A stretch of 64,000 bases of DNA from an uncultured Candidatus Saccharibacteria bacterium (GCA_964522195.1 CAZFSV010000002.1:36743-100742); one strand, 5' to 3'. Counted from the stretch's first letter, positions 1 to 9,176 are shown. Program-made: numbers and translations. Notes: a model not told the origin generated them from the letters alone.

Positions 1-735
1 ATTGGAGTTTCAGAAGGTGAAGAATCTTTTGTAGGACTTTCTGAAGTCGTTGCTTTGGTTCACGCTCTACGTGAACGAGACAATTATCCTATATTTTTAA
101 ATGCGGATCACCATGCGAGTTTTGAGAGAGTAAAGGCTTGTATTGATGCCGGTTTTGATATGGTTATTATTGACGGAGCGCATTTACCTTATGAAGAGAA
201 CGTCGCTTTGACTAAAAAATGTGTAGAATATGCAAATTTAAAAAGTATTGAAACAGGTAAAGAAATTCTCGTAGAAGCAGAGCTCGGCTATATCGGTTCG
301 GGTTCTAATATTAAAGAATCTATCCCCGAAGGTGCAGGGATTTTAACTAGTCCCGAGGAAGCGAAAAGATTCGCGGATGATACTGGTATAGATTTACTCG
401 CTCCGTCTATCGGGTCTGTGCATGGACTAATTAAAAGTGGTAAGCCTCATATCGACGCAGAACGAACAAAAGAAATTAAAGAAATCACGAATTTACCTTT
501 AGTGCTTCACGGAGGTTCAGGTCTTCGCGACGAAGATTTCGTAAATGCTATTAAAGCAGGAGTAAATATCGTGCATATCAATAGCGAGATACGTTTAGGT
601 TGGAAAGAAGCAGTAGAAGAATTCATAAAAAATAATCCAAACGAAATCAATCCGTCAAAAATCCTAGAACCAGCTGTAAAAAAGATAGAAGAAATAGTAG
701 AAGCGAGATTAAAACTTTTTAATATGATTCAATAA
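1..735 (+). CDS. fba: Class II fructose-bisphosphate aldolase, 5'-truncated at window edge
   Basis: Frame is open from base 1. Motif LNADHHASFERVKACIDAGFDMVIIDGAHLPYEENV closely matches the B. subtilis-type FbaA segment [20 protein letters not shown]...IDASHHPFEEN. Confidence 0.85.
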   Translation: MGVSEGEESFVGLSEVVALVHALRERDNYPIFLNADHHASFERVKACIDAGFDMVIIDGAHLPYEENVALTKKCVEYANLKSIETGKEILVEAELGYIGSGSNIKESIPEGAGILTSPEEAKRFADDTGIDLLAPSIGSVHGLIKSGKPHIDAERTKEIKEITNLPLVLHGGSGLRDEDFVNAIKAGVNIVHINSEIRLGWKEAVEEFIKNNPNEINPSKILEPAVKKIEEIVEARLKLFNMIQ

Positions 736-741
736 AAAATT

Positions 742-2538
742 ATGCAAGAAGAAATAAAAAAGTTTTTTAAGGGAGATATTGAAAATAGTGATGAAGTCCT
801 GACTAAATATTCGCACGACTCTTCTGTTTTAGAAGTGCGTCCAGAGTTGGTTCTTTTCCCGAAAGATTCTTTAGATATTAAAAATTTAGTGAAATGGGTG
901 AATGAAAATAAAGATAAATACCCCAAGCTTGCTATAACTCCTCGCTCTGCCGGGACTTGTATGTCAGGAGGTTCTATAGGAGAATCTTTAATTTTAGATT
1001 TTACGCGGTATATGAATAAATTAGTAAAAGAACCTGAGAAGATAAAGAATTTTTCCAATACTGAAAATTCAGCTGATACTTTTTCTGATGTCCTCGGATC
1101 GTCTTCGACTCAACTAGACAATCAAAAAAAGTATGTATCTGAATTTTCAGGTTTAATTACAGTACAGCCTGGGATGTATTATAGAGATTTTGAAAAAATT
1201 ACTTTAGAAAAAGGTATGATATTACCTTGTTTTACTGCTTCTAAAAATTTAAATGCAGTTGGAGGTATGTATGGGAATAATTCAGCCGGAGAGAGAACTT
1301 TATCTTATGGAAAAACAGAAAATTATATTCACCAAGCAAAAGTTATTTTTACTGATGGGAATGAATATATCGTAAAACCTTTATCTAAAAATGAACTTCT
1401 AAATAAAATAGCTCAAAATGACTTCGAAGGGAATATTTATAAAAATGTTTACAATTTGATTTTAGAGAATAAAGAAGAAATCTTAAAAGCAAAACCTAAT
1501 GTAAGTAAAAATTCTGCAGGTTATTATCTTTGGAATGTTGTAGATTTTGATGGTGTTCGTGGTGAAGATAATTACTTTGATTTAAATCGTCTTTTGGTTG
1601 GATCTCAAGGAACTTTAGGAATAACTACTGAAATAACTTTTAAATTAGTTAAAGAAGCAAAATACAGAAAATTATTAGTAATTTTCTTGCGAGATATTTC
1701 TCTTTTACCAAATTTAGTAAATCAAACTCTAAAACATAAACCTGAAACTATAGAGTCTTATGATGATAAAACTTTTTTCTTGGTTTTGAAATATATTTGG
1801 GATTTTATTAAAATGCTTGGCTTTAGGAATTTATTTAAACTTATTTTTTCTTTCGGTCCGGAGACTTTGATGACTTTAAAAAATGGATTACCTAGATTAA
1901 TACTACTTGTAGAATTTGCAGGAGACGATGAAGAAAAAGTAAACGCACAAGCTTTTACAGCTTTAGAAGATTTAAAAAATATTAAGAAAATTGGTATTCA
2001 TTTAACTCGTGATGATTTTGAAGCAAAAAAATATTGGACTATTCGTCACGAAGCTTTTAATCTTATTCGTTATCATTTGAAAAAAGTTAAATCAAAACCT
2101 TTTATTGACGATGTAGTAGTCCGTCCTGAGAAATTACCAGAATTTTTCCCGAGACTTTATAGTATTTTAAATGCTTATAAAAAAGATATGACTTTTGCTA
2201 TTGGGGGACATGCAGGTGATGGTAATTTGCATATTTATACATTACTGAATCCAAAAGATCCAAAAATAAAATTAGTAATAGAAGAAGTTTCAGAAAAAGT
2301 TTATTCTTTAGTAAATGAACTTGGAGGTTCGAATACAGCAGAGCATAATGATGGATTAGTGCGTAGCGCCTTTTTACCTAAAATGTATAATGAGAAAATT
2401 ATTTCTTTGTTTAAAGAAAATAAAGAAATCTTTGATCCAAAGTATTTTTTAAATCCTGGTAAAAAAGTCCCATTAAAAGAAGGTGATTTAGGTAGTAGAA
2501 CTTTCTTAGATAATCACATAAGTATAGACAAAGCCTAA
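742..2538 (+). CDS. FAD-binding oxidase (GlcD/D-lactate dehydrogenase-like) with long C-terminal extension
   Basis: N-terminal FAD-binding PCMH-type region (ITPRSAGTCMSGGSIGESLILDF). 598 aa is longer than typical GlcD. Confidence 0.6.
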   Translation: MQEEIKKFFKGDIENSDEVLTKYSHDSSVLEVRPELVLFPKDSLDIKNLVKWVNENKDKYPKLAITPRSAGTCMSGGSIGESLILDFTRYMNKLVKEPEKIKNFSNTENSADTFSDVLGSSSTQLDNQKKYVSEFSGLITVQPGMYYRDFEKITLEKGMILPCFTASKNLNAVGGMYGNNSAGERTLSYGKTENYIHQAKVIFTDGNEYIVKPLSKNELLNKIAQNDFEGNIYKNVYNLILENKEEILKAKPNVSKNSAGYYLWNVVDFDGVRGEDNYFDLNRLLVGSQGTLGITTEITFKLVKEAKYRKLLVIFLRDISLLPNLVNQTLKHKPETIESYDDKTFFLVLKYIWDFIKMLGFRNLFKLIFSFGPETLMTLKNGLPRLILLVEFAGDDEEKVNAQAFTALEDLKNIKKIGIHLTRDDFEAKKYWTIRHEAFNLIRYHLKKVKSKPFIDDVVVRPEKLPEFFPRLYSILNAYKKDMTFAIGGHAGDGNLHIYTLLNPKDPKIKLVIEEVSEKVYSLVNELGGSNTAEHNDGLVRSAFLPKMYNEKIISLFKENKEIFDPKYFLNPGKKVPLKEGDLGSRTFLDNHISIDKA

Positions 2539-2558
2539 AATTTGCTTTTTTATAAGTT

Positions 2559-3209
2559 TTGTATATAATTAAAGCTATGTTTGAAATAAAAGCCCAAAAA
2601 AGAGAATTAACAGAAAATTTAGATACTTTAAGAAAAGAAGGTTTGATGCCTGCTGTATTTTATGGAGCAGGAGAGTCAAATACTCCTATTTCTGTAAATG
2701 TTAATGAATTTAAAAAAGTCTGGAGAGACGCTGGAGAAAGTACTGCTATTAAAATTTCTTTAGCTGGTAAAACTTTAGATGCCTTGATTCAAGATGTTGG
2801 AGCAAATCCTGTTACAGGAGAGCCAATACATGCTGATTTTCTAATTATTGACGCTAAAAAAGAAGTTACTGTTTCTGTTCCTTTAGAATTTACTGGTGTT
2901 GCGCCAGCTTCAAAAGGTGGAATTGGTGTTTTGGTTAAAGTATTACATGAATTAGAAATTAGCGCATTGCCAAAAGATTTACCTCAAGAAATTACAGTTG
3001 ATTTATCTTCTTTAGTTGATTTAGATAGTGTTATCTTGGTAAAAGATATAAAAACTCCAAATGGTGTTACAATTAACACAAAAATGGAAGAAGTTGTGGC
3101 TTCTATTGCTCCAATGCAAGAAGAAAAAGAAGATACAGGTCCAGTAGACTTATCAAGTATTGAAGTAGAAAAGAAAGGTAAGAAAGAAGAAGAGTCTGTG
3201 GAAAATTAA
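2559..3209 (+). CDS. rplY: 50S ribosomal protein L25 / general stress protein Ctc
   Basis: MFEIKAQKRE...PAVFYG...IHADFL pattern of L25 with Ctc-type acidic C-terminal extension. True start may be the MFEIK Met at 2577. Confidence 0.85.
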   Translation: MYIIKAMFEIKAQKRELTENLDTLRKEGLMPAVFYGAGESNTPISVNVNEFKKVWRDAGESTAIKISLAGKTLDALIQDVGANPVTGEPIHADFLIIDAKKEVTVSVPLEFTGVAPASKGGIGVLVKVLHELEISALPKDLPQEITVDLSSLVDLDSVILVKDIKTPNGVTINTKMEEVVASIAPMQEEKEDTGPVDLSSIEVEKKGKKEEESVEN

Positions 3210-3236
3210 TTCTCTAAATATGATATAATAAGAACT

Positions 3237-4604
3237 ATGATTAGAAAAGTCATAGTTTTTATTTTTATATTTACATTTTTATATAGTTTTAATAGTAATA
3301 CAACTTATGCAATCGATTGTTTAAAAATTAATTCTTCTTCACCTCAATCCGAGAAAGATTTTTGCCGTGGAGAATTAGCTAAAATTGAAGCAGAATTAGC
3401 AGATCTACTTAAACAACAAGAAGCTCAAAAGAAAAATACTGGAACATTAACAGGGGATGTTAAGTATTTAAATAGTCAAATTAATGCTTTAAAAACAAAG
3501 GTAAAAGCTCGTTCTTTAGCTATTGCGCAGCTAAAAGCTTCTATTAATGAAAAAAGTTCAAAAATAGAAGATTTGTCTTCGAAAATTGAAACTCAGCATG
3601 AGTCTTTAGCTCAATTACTTAGAAATACCAATAATTTTGATGATAATAATTTAATTTATTTATTATTATCAAATCAAAATATTTCTGATTTTTATGCTGA
3701 TTTAGAGTCTTATTCTTCAATGAAAGAATCAATTAAGAAAACAGTAGATGAAATTAAGGGTGTTAAAACAGTAGTAGAAGAAGAAAAGAAAACTTTAGAA
3801 GAAAAAAGAGACGCTGAAAATGACGCTAAAGTAGAACTAGAGACTGCTCAAAAGAAGACCGCTGCCGCAGAAGCAGAAAAGAAAAAATTACTTTCTATTT
3901 CTAAACAAAAAGAAAGTGAATATCAAAAATTAGCTGCGGAGAAAAAAGCTCAAGCAGATAAAATTAGATCTGCTTTGTTCTCTCTTGCAGGTACAACACA
4001 AAGAATTGATTTCGGTACAGCTCTGTCTTATGCAAATGAAGCAAAAAGATTATTTAACATAGAACCAGCTTTTCTTTTAGCTATTTTTAGACAAGAAAGT
4101 AATTTAGGATCTAATGTTGGGCAATGTTTTATGACTGATCCTGCGACAGGTAATGGAGTTGGAGCTAATACAGGTGCGGCTCAAATTAGAGTAATGCATC
4201 CTACTCGTGATGTTCCTGTATTTATGAGTTTAACTGAAAGATTAGGTATAGATTCTTCTAAAACTAGAGTTTCTTGTTGGATTAAAGATTATAGAAATGG
4301 AGTACCTTTTGGTTGGGGTGGAGCTATGGGGCCTGCTCAGTTTATACCTTCTACCTGGAAAGGTTTTGAAACAAGACTTAAAAAGCTTTTAGGGTATGAA
4401 GCAAGTCCTTGGGTTGCAAAAGATGCTTTTATGGCTTCAGCTATGTATTTAACTGATTTAGGTGCCGTAGGAGAAAGTGATAGCGCTCAACAAAGAGCTG
4501 CTTGTAAGTATTATGGTAGTGGAGGGTCTAGTTGTGCTTATAGTCGAAGTGTTATGAACTTTAAAAACCAATATCAAAAAGATATTGAGTTGCTTTCTAA
4601 CTAA
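3237..4604 (+). CDS. Secreted coiled-coil protein with C-terminal MltB/SLT_2-like lytic transglycosylase domain
   Basis: Signal peptide and a long heptad-rich Q/K/E region. C-terminus carries LAIFRQESNLG and GAMGPAQFIPSTW motifs typical of the MltB-family (SLT_2) fold. Confidence 0.55.
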   Translation: MIRKVIVFIFIFTFLYSFNSNTTYAIDCLKINSSSPQSEKDFCRGELAKIEAELADLLKQQEAQKKNTGTLTGDVKYLNSQINALKTKVKARSLAIAQLKASINEKSSKIEDLSSKIETQHESLAQLLRNTNNFDDNNLIYLLLSNQNISDFYADLESYSSMKESIKKTVDEIKGVKTVVEEEKKTLEEKRDAENDAKVELETAQKKTAAAEAEKKKLLSISKQKESEYQKLAAEKKAQADKIRSALFSLAGTTQRIDFGTALSYANEAKRLFNIEPAFLLAIFRQESNLGSNVGQCFMTDPATGNGVGANTGAAQIRVMHPTRDVPVFMSLTERLGIDSSKTRVSCWIKDYRNGVPFGWGGAMGPAQFIPSTWKGFETRLKKLLGYEASPWVAKDAFMASAMYLTDLGAVGESDSAQQRAACKYYGSGGSSCAYSRSVMNFKNQYQKDIELLSN

Positions 4605-4627
4605 AAGCGTGCTAATATTAACAAGTT

Positions 4628-4837
4628 ATGAAAAAAAACATACATCCAAAATACAACAAAGAAATAGACGCAAAATGTGCTTGTGGGGTAACTTTCAAGG
4701 TTGGTTCAACAATGAATTCAATTAATAATGAAATTTGTAGTGCTTGTCATCCTTTTTATACAGGTAACGAGAAATTACTTGATACAGCAGGTCGTGTAGA
4801 TAAATTCAACAAACGTCGCGCAGCAGCTAAAAAATAA
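4628..4837 (+). CDS. rpmE: 50S ribosomal protein L31
   Basis: MKKNIHPKY...CACG...[10 protein letters not shown], the type A L31 zinc-ribbon signature. Confidence 0.9.
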   Translation: MKKNIHPKYNKEIDAKCACGVTFKVGSTMNSINNEICSACHPFYTGNEKLLDTAGRVDKFNKRRAAAKK

Positions 4838-4888
4838 CGACAAACAGGTTATTCTTTTAAGAAGGATTTTTTGAATATTCAAATTTCC

Positions 4889-4912
4889 TAAATGACTAAG
4901 TCATTTTTTAAA
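4889..4912 (+). terminator. Intrinsic terminator hairpin (aaatgact-aa-agtcattt plus T-run), nested inside a 17-bp outer inverted repeat
   Basis: Stem-loop followed by tttttt, between rpmE and prfA. Confidence 0.5.
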
Positions 4913-4943
4913 AGAATAACCTGTTTTTATTTATATAAATTTT

Positions 4944-5915
4944 ATGGATTATAATTTAGAAGAATTAAAAAAAAATCACAATACTAATTATTTAGCAGAT
5001 GTTTTAGTACGTTTAGAAATTGCAGAAAAAGAAGTTAGAGAAATGCTTGAAAGTGATGATTCTTTACATGAACTAGCTGGAGAAGAGTTAAAAAAAATAC
5101 AAGAAGAAAGAGAATTAATTTTGAAACAAGTGGAAGATATTTTAGCTAAAGAGCTTGAAGAAGATGAATTTCCTAATGAAATAGTTTTAGAAGTTCGGGC
5201 TGGTGCTGGTGGAGACGAAGCAGCTTTGTTTGCTTGGGAGCTTGCTAATGCTTATGAGAAATACGCTGAAATAAAAGGTTGGTCTTGGAAAGTGAATTAT
5301 GAATCTAAAAATGATATTGGAGGATACAAAGAAGCTAGTTTTGAAATCAAAGGGAATGATGTTTATAAATTAATGCGTTATGAAACTGGCGTTCATAGAG
5401 TGCAAAGAGTTCCTGCTACTGAGAAAAATGGACGAGTACATACTTCTACTTGTTCTGTGGCAGTTTTGCCTATCAAAAAGAAAGTTACTTTTGAAATTAA
5501 TCCAGCTGAGTTTGAAATGGAATATTCTCGTTCTGGAGGAAAAGGAGGTCAGAATGTAAACAAAGTTGAAACAGCTGTTAGAATTATTCACATTCCAACA
5601 GGACTTGATGTTCGTTCAACCAATGAACGTTCTCAGGTTGCAAACCGCGAGAAAGCTATGATGATTTTAACTGCTAAATTACAAGCTTTAAAAGAAGAAG
5701 AAGAGGCAAAAAAATACGCAGGAGAGAGAAAGAATCAAATAGGTACAGGGGATAGAAGTGAGAAAATCCGAACTTATAATTTTCCTCAAGACAGAATCAC
5801 AGACCATCGTATTAAAAAAAGTTGGCATAATTTACCTAAGATAATGCTCGGAGAATTAGACCCTATTTTTGAAGCATTATTATCAGGCGAAACGGGTGAC
5901 GAGGACGAAGAATAA
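4944..5915 (+). CDS. prfA: Peptide chain release factor 1
   Basis: GGQ motif (SGGKGGQNVNKVETAVRIIH) and a PAT tripeptide (RF1-type, not the SPF of RF2). Confidence 0.9.
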   Translation: MDYNLEELKKNHNTNYLADVLVRLEIAEKEVREMLESDDSLHELAGEELKKIQEERELILKQVEDILAKELEEDEFPNEIVLEVRAGAGGDEAALFAWELANAYEKYAEIKGWSWKVNYESKNDIGGYKEASFEIKGNDVYKLMRYETGVHRVQRVPATEKNGRVHTSTCSVAVLPIKKKVTFEINPAEFEMEYSRSGGKGGQNVNKVETAVRIIHIPTGLDVRSTNERSQVANREKAMMILTAKLQALKEEEEAKKYAGERKNQIGTGDRSEKIRTYNFPQDRITDHRIKKSWHNLPKIMLGELDPIFEALLSGETGDEDEE

Positions 5916-5967
5916 ATACTTGGCGGTTAGATCGCCAAGTGATAAATTAATCAAAATATTTAACGGG

Positions 5968-7725
5968 ATGAATATAAAAAGAATTTTTTATTATTATTGG
6001 GAATCAGCCAAGCAATATAAATGGCATTTTTTTGCTTTGCTATTTATTTATTCAATAGCAATTATTTCATCCAATGTTATAGGACCTCTAATTTTTAAAG
6101 ATATTATTGATATTATTTCTTTAAATGACCATCTATCTGTAATTAAAGAAGATATTTTTAAATTATTTTTTTTCTTTGTTTTAAATGTTTTAGTTTATAA
6201 TATATTTTATAGAACAGGAGATTTTTTGATTACTCATATTGAAGCTATTGGTATGAGAGATATTGCTAATATGACATTCAAGAAACTTTCTAATCATTCA
6301 TATAATTTTTATACCAATACCTTTGCGGGTTCTTTAGTTGCAAAATCTAGAAGATTCGTATCTTCCTTTGAAGGAATAATCGATCGTATTGCATTGGACT
6401 TCCTTTTTATTTTTATAAAAATTATTAGTATTTTTGTTGTTTTATTTATCCAAATGCCTATTGTGGGTATAGCTTTTTTTGTTTGGCTTGTTGTATATTG
6501 TATTATTTTGTACTTCTTTATAAGAATAAAGATCAGACTTGATATAGTGAATTCAGAAGCTGATTCTAATGTAACTGCGGTTTTAGCAGATACTATAAGT
6601 AATGTTTTAAATATCAAAATTTTTTCTTCTGGTAAAAGAGAAAGAAATTACTTAAAAGAAATTATTCAAAAGCAATATAAAGCTAGAAGTAAAAGTTGGA
6701 ATTTCAGTAATTATCAGCTTTTAATTCAAGGTCTTATGATTGGTTTTTTGCAAGTTATGATTATTTATTTATCAATAAATTTGTGGTTAAAAGGAGAAAT
6801 TACAGCTGGTACAGTAGTATTAGTTCAAACATACACAATTTTACTTTTTGATTCTCTTTGGAATTTAAGTCGTTCGGTTGGTAAATTTATAACAAATCTT
6901 TCTGATGCAAAAGAAATGGTAGATATTTTTGATAAACCGATAGACATCTTAGATCCCGAAAATCCAGAGCAATTGAAAGTGAATTTTGGGGAAATAGAAT
7001 TTAAAAATGTTTACTTTGAGTATGTTGATGATAATGAAGTTTTTAATAATTTAAATTTAAAAATTAAAGCAGGAGAAAAAGTTGGACTTGTTGGTCATTC
7101 TGGTTCAGGTAAATCAACTATTACAAAAATGCTTTTACGTTTTGTGGATATTAAGCAAGGTGAAATATTAATAGATGGGCAAAACATTAAAAATATTACT
7201 CAAGACGATTTGCGTAGTGTTATTTCTTATGTACCTCAAGAACCTATTTTATTTCATAGAAGTATAGCTGAAAATATAGGTTATTCTAAAGAAAATGCGA
7301 CACACGAAGAAATAGTAGAATCCTCAAAGAAAGCTCATGCAGATGAATTTATTTCTAAATTACAAAACGGATATAATACCTTAGTAGGCGAGAGGGGAAT
7401 TAAACTTTCAGGTGGAGAGCGTCAAAGAGTGGCTATTGCTCGTGCTATGCTAAAAAATTCACCTATTTTAGTTTTAGACGAGGCTACTTCAGCCTTAGAT
7501 AGTATTTCTGAGTCTTATATAAAAGAAGCTTTAAATATATTAATGAAAGATAAAACAGCTATAGTCATAGCTCATAGACTTTCTACTATTGCCAAAATGG
7601 ATAGGATCATAGTATTAGATAATGGAATTATTTTGGAAGAGGGAACTCATCTGGAACTTTTAGACAAAGATGGTATGTATACCAAGCTTTGGAATCATCA
7701 AACTGGTTTCTTAAATGAAGAATAA
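5968..7725 (+). CDS. ABC transporter permease/ATPase fusion (MsbA/exporter type)
   Basis: Six TM helices then an NBD with Walker A GHSGSGKST, signature LSGGERQRVAIARA and Walker B ILVLDEATS. The ORF track starts at 5869 and overlaps prfA. The ATG at 5968 (MNIKRIFYYYW) is the more plausible start. Confidence 0.85.
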   Translation: MNIKRIFYYYWESAKQYKWHFFALLFIYSIAIISSNVIGPLIFKDIIDIISLNDHLSVIKEDIFKLFFFFVLNVLVYNIFYRTGDFLITHIEAIGMRDIANMTFKKLSNHSYNFYTNTFAGSLVAKSRRFVSSFEGIIDRIALDFLFIFIKIISIFVVLFIQMPIVGIAFFVWLVVYCIILYFFIRIKIRLDIVNSEADSNVTAVLADTISNVLNIKIFSSGKRERNYLKEIIQKQYKARSKSWNFSNYQLLIQGLMIGFLQVMIIYLSINLWLKGEITAGTVVLVQTYTILLFDSLWNLSRSVGKFITNLSDAKEMVDIFDKPIDILDPENPEQLKVNFGEIEFKNVYFEYVDDNEVFNNLNLKIKAGEKVGLVGHSGSGKSTITKMLLRFVDIKQGEILIDGQNIKNITQDDLRSVISYVPQEPILFHRSIAENIGYSKENATHEEIVESSKKAHADEFISKLQNGYNTLVGERGIKLSGGERQRVAIARAMLKNSPILVLDEATSALDSISESYIKEALNILMKDKTAIVIAHRLSTIAKMDRIIVLDNGIILEEGTHLELLDKDGMYTKLWNHQTGFLNEE

Positions 7726-7757
7726 AGTTTTGCTTAAGTTAGTATTTCGTAAAAATC

Positions 7758-7791
7758 CATAGGAGCAAAAGCTCAAGCTTTTGCTCCTATG
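7758..7791 (+). terminator. Perfect 15-bp stem-loop (cataggagcaaaagc-tcaa-gcttttgctcctatg) downstream of ABC exporter
   Basis: Perfect inverted repeat directly seen. No strong U-tract follows, so it may be an RNA stability or processing hairpin rather than a canonical terminator. Confidence 0.4.
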
Positions 7792-7866
7792 ATTGACTTT
7801 AAAATTTAATTATGTTTAAATAAATACGAAAGTTTATATTATCGTACCTCAAAAAAAAATAAGAAA

Positions 7867-8271
7867 ATGGATAGTAATTTTATTTTTCGTTTTTTGTTTA
7901 TTGTAATATGTTTGGGTTTTATTGGTTATTTTACAAAAAAACAAAATGAAGTAGAAACAATGGAACAGAAGAGTTTTGATTCTGAATTAAGTATGTTGAA
8001 AGATTCAATATATTATTTAAATCAAAAATTAGATGCTTTAAATTTTTCTTGTAAAAAAGATACCATTATAGCTACCCCGAAAGGTGGAAGTCTTTGTGGA
8101 ACTTTTAAGATGGATGAAACAGAAGCTTTAGCTTTTGCTAAAAAATTTAATTACCCGGTTAGATATAATCATTTAGGTAAGCCTAATGTTATTATTCAGG
8201 AAGCAGAAGAATTTTCTGTAGGATTGCAACCAAAAGTTATAAAACATTTAAAACCAAAAAATAAAAAATAA
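7867..8271 (+). CDS. Hypothetical membrane-anchored protein
   Basis: N-terminal TM helix. No recognisable domain. Confidence 0.4.
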   Translation: MDSNFIFRFLFIVICLGFIGYFTKKQNEVETMEQKSFDSELSMLKDSIYYLNQKLDALNFSCKKDTIIATPKGGSLCGTFKMDETEALAFAKKFNYPVRYNHLGKPNVIIQEAEEFSVGLQPKVIKHLKPKNKK

Positions 8272-8386
8272 ATAACATGGAAACAAACTTGGTTAATAAA
8301 GAAAAAATGCTTGATTTCTTAGTAGAAATTATATTTTATACAATATGCTTACTTTCTTTGTTTATATAATTTTATTTTAAGCCCTA

Positions 8387-8430
8387 AAGGACTTGCTTGC
8401 ATAAAGATGCGAACAAGTCCTTTTTATTTG
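8387..8430 (+). terminator. Intrinsic terminator (16-bp imperfect stem, aaag loop, T-rich tail)
   Basis: aaggacttgcttgcat-aaag-atgcgaacaagtcctt followed by tttttatttgctttatttttt. Confidence 0.55.
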
Positions 8431-8601
8431 CTTTATTTTTTAAATATGGCATACTTTAGATAAGTAGTTTATTCATCTGCCTTTTTGTGTGGATTGTGAG
8501 TTAAGGTTTTTTTGCAAAATAAACCAAGTAAGTGTGTTTGAGTTTCTACGAATTATAATTAGTTTTTGCCTAATTTTTTAAAAAAATAGGAGAAAAGTTA
8601 A

Positions 8602-8910
8602 ATGGCTACAAAGCTATATGTAGGGGGACTTCCTTACTCAACAAATGAAGATGCTTTAAAAATGCATTTTTCACAAGCAGGTAACGTATCATCTGCTACT
8701 ATTATTATGGATAAGATGACAGGCCGTTCAAAAGGTTTTGGATTCGTAGAAATGTCAACAGACGAAGAAGCACAAAGTGCTATCTCTATGTTTAATGACA
8801 AAGAGTTTGATGGAAGAAGACTTACAGTAAATGAAGCTCGTCCAATGGAAGCTCGTCCTCCAAGAACTGGTGGTTTCAATAATCGCCAAGGTGGAAGAAG
8901 AGAATACTAA
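8602..8910 (+). CDS. RNA-binding protein with RRM domain (RbpA-like)
   Basis: RNP2 KLYVGGL and RNP1 KGFGFVEM motifs. Gly/Arg-rich tail. Preceded by AGGAGAAAAG RBS. Confidence 0.85.
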   Translation: MATKLYVGGLPYSTNEDALKMHFSQAGNVSSATIIMDKMTGRSKGFGFVEMSTDEEAQSAISMFNDKEFDGRRLTVNEARPMEARPPRTGGFNNRQGGRREY

Positions 8911-8925
8911 TATTCTAAAAATTAA

Positions 8926-8952
8926 AAACCTCAAGTAATTGAGGTTTTTAAT
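8926..8952 (+). terminator. Intrinsic terminator after RRM gene
   Basis: aaacctcaa-gtaa-ttgaggttt followed by T-rich sequence. A second hairpin (acagg-tttta-cctgt plus T-run) lies at about 8988-9016. Confidence 0.55.
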
Positions 8953-9021
8953 TTGCCTAATTTAATTATTTTTGATATATTTTGAAGTACAGGTTTTACC
9001 TGTTTTGTTTTTTTAAAGTTT

Positions 9022-9100
9022 GAGCGTGTAGTTCAGTCCCGCCAGAGGACGGGTAAAGTCCGAAGTCTGTCTGAATCGATCGCTATAAATTTTTTGTTTT
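9022..9100 (+). other. tRNA 5'-fragment duplication: 16 nt identical to the 5' end of the adjacent tRNA-Ile, followed by a GC-rich hairpin
   Basis: gagcgtgtagttcagt at 9022-9037 equals 9101-9116. It is followed by cccgcc-agag-gacggg and cannot fold into a cloverleaf (no matching 3' acceptor strand). Confidence 0.5.
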
Positions 9101-9172
9101 GAGCGTGTAGTTCAGTGGTAGAACGCTGTCCTGATAAGACAGAGGTCGATGGTCCGATTCCATCCACGCTCA
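9101..9172 (+). tRNA. tRNA-Ile (anticodon GAU)
   Basis: Manual fold: acceptor GAGCGTG/CACGCTC, D-arm GTTC/GAAC, anticodon stem CTGTC/GACAG with loop CTGATAA (GAU), T-arm GATGG-TCCGATT-CCATC. No encoded CCA. Confidence 0.8.
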
Positions 9173-9176
9173 CAAT

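Noticed and set aside
729-1058. Antisense/overlapping ORFs listed in the six-frame track (729-1058, 5370-5591, 6309-6617, 8634-8879, 11335-11532, 14149-14358, 15567-15851, 18241-18471, 24297-24941, 25779-25976, 26971-27204, 28660-28923, 33549-33848, 35781-35978, 37036-37263, 39348-39626, 40428-40643, 40915-41118, 41876-42103, 42428-42616, 43332-43562, 44309-44542, 50715-51026, 51394-51591, 52783-52971, 54807-55079, 58407-58778, 59142-59399, 59275-59490, 59487-59675, 60025-60219, 62412-62660)
   Set aside because: Each lies entirely inside a longer ORF on the opposite strand or in another frame that has clear family motifs. They are low-complexity in sequence and are typical byproducts of AT-rich or K/E-rich coding regions.
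5869-5967. ABC exporter start at 5869 overlapping prfA by 47 nt
   Set aside because: The first 33 codons (MKHYYQAKRVTRTKNKYLAVRSPSDKLIKIFNG) lie within the prfA 3' end and are not typical of MsbA-type N-termini. The ATG at 5968 precedes the first TM helix and avoids the overlap. The upstream start cannot be excluded without homologue alignment.
8277-8369. 30-codon sORF METNLVNKEKMLDFLVEIIFYTICLLSLFI sharing its first six residues with the DoxX-like protein at 53723
   Set aside because: It lies between a gene stop and a strong terminator, with no RBS or promoter evidence. The METNLV coincidence spans only 18 nt and is compatible with chance in an AT-rich genome.
9022-9100. First tRNA-like sequence as a second complete tRNA gene, or as SRP/4.5S RNA
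   Set aside because: There is no complementary 3' acceptor strand and no foldable anticodon or T arms. The GC hairpin has an AGAG loop, not the GGAA/GNRA plus asymmetric-loop signature of SRP RNA domain IV. Retained only as a tRNA fragment.
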